A stretch of DNA of 64,000 bases from Cenococcum geophilum. Lineage: Eukaryota. The stretch's first letter is position 1, and each line of letters starts with the position of its first letter. This document shows, one piece after another, positions 63,053-64,000 of the stretch. Location: NCBI GenBank assembly GCA_050273025.1, contig CP158635.1:8060001-8124000 (forward strand), written 5' to 3'. The notes under the pieces are model-generated. The model was not told the DNA's origin. It worked only from the letters and a program-made list of their open reading frames with translations, and ran no database searches. The position numbers were made by a program, and so were the translations under genes.

Positions 63053-64000
63053 TATTACGGCACTGGCAGAACTTGGCAGAACTACGCACCGGCAAGTTGC
63101 CACAGATTGCCGTATATTGCGGTCACGTGACGCGAAGATCGTATATAGCTTCGAGCGGCGCTCCCCTTCTTCTCCTTTCCTTTCTTTAGCTTTAGATTCT
63201 CGTTTATAGACAATCCAATTATATAGGCTTGCACGTCCCTCATACCGTGCTCATGCCTCAATTAACTAAGTTACTAACATTATCTAAAGCTCACTCTACT
63301 CTTTCTTCCTAAGAAGGAACTTAAATATATCTATAAGAACACAGAATAGGACCCTAAGGACATTACTAGGACCACAAGGATAGGACCTAAAAGAAAAGAA
63401 TAGAACCCTAAGGAAAGGACCTATAAGACACGCACAGACTAGAACCCCTAAAGAAATTACCCGGAATTACCTAACACCCCTACTACCATGCTATAAACCA
63501 CAGCAGCAGGTAAAGCAGCTATAGGACCCTTAAATACTTTAGATAAAGAAACAATTAACGTTTTAACCCCCTAGGCGGAGCTTGCGGCTGCCAATACTAA
63601 AATTAAATAATTGCGAAAGCTGCTTAAAGCCAGAGATACCCCTATATCTAATAATAAGTCATTATTAAACAACTAAAGACTTACTATAGTCCTTTAGGCC
63701 CTATCCTAGCGCCTTAGTAGATCTACTAAGGCCTATATAGCACCGAAGCGGTCAGTAAAGGTCGCGGACCCCCTACTACTTATAAACAGAACCGACCCTA
63801 TATTTAATAATTAGAAGCTCTAATTATAAGATAAGCTTAAAGTTAATATAGACCACTTCCCTAACGCCTAAGCCAGAATGGCCTATATTTTCGGCCGTAC
63901 TGGCGGAAACGCCTAGACGCATTTACGCCTACAATACACTAAAGACTTAGCAGACCCCTTTATCTCTAAAGAAGAAATAATTAAATACTTATCTTCTATT
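63053..64000 (+). mobile_element. 5' LTR (63053-63279) and gag of another Ty3/gypsy family, truncated by the window end
   Basis: T(G)TTACGG...TAACA LTR. gag motifs KVADP...DP.F.N(W)KL.L.DKL(E)VN.DHFP and ARMAYIFGRTGG(D)A(Q)THL. Confidence 0.85.

Overview
Eukaryotic DNA from a filamentous ascomycete. The evidence is short GT-AG introns with CTRAY branch points and RIP-type C>T/G>A damage at CpA/TpG and also CpG. Two AT-rich transposon nests damaged by RIP (1-27.4 kb and 55.2-64 kb) and one isolated Ty3/gypsy copy (30.8-38.7 kb) surround islands of normal genes: COX15, a Roadblock/LAMTOR-like gene, glyoxalase I, a type-I phosphoglycerate dehydrogenase, a coiled-coil/WHPD gene, a probable spliced microprotein and a disrupted membrane-protein gene. 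Most elements can be bounded by LTRs or TIRs, usually with target-site duplications (TSDs). They comprise GalEa-like copia elements (one inside a relative), a solo LTR, a hAT, two Tc1/IS630 elements, two chromodomain gypsy copies plus the 5' end of a third gypsy family, a non-coding LTR element, MITEs and a foldback/minisatellite composite. Three signals stand out: (i) a spliced antisense Zn2Cys6-like/coiled-coil gene in the 3' region of both chromodomain gypsy copies; (ii) a DD34E Tc1 element carrying a second, convergent ~640-aa Cys/His-motif gene; (iii) a TIR-bounded non-coding element built almost entirely from repeats. Proteins in RIP-damaged elements were reconstructed by eye, so they are inferences. 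No database searches were run.
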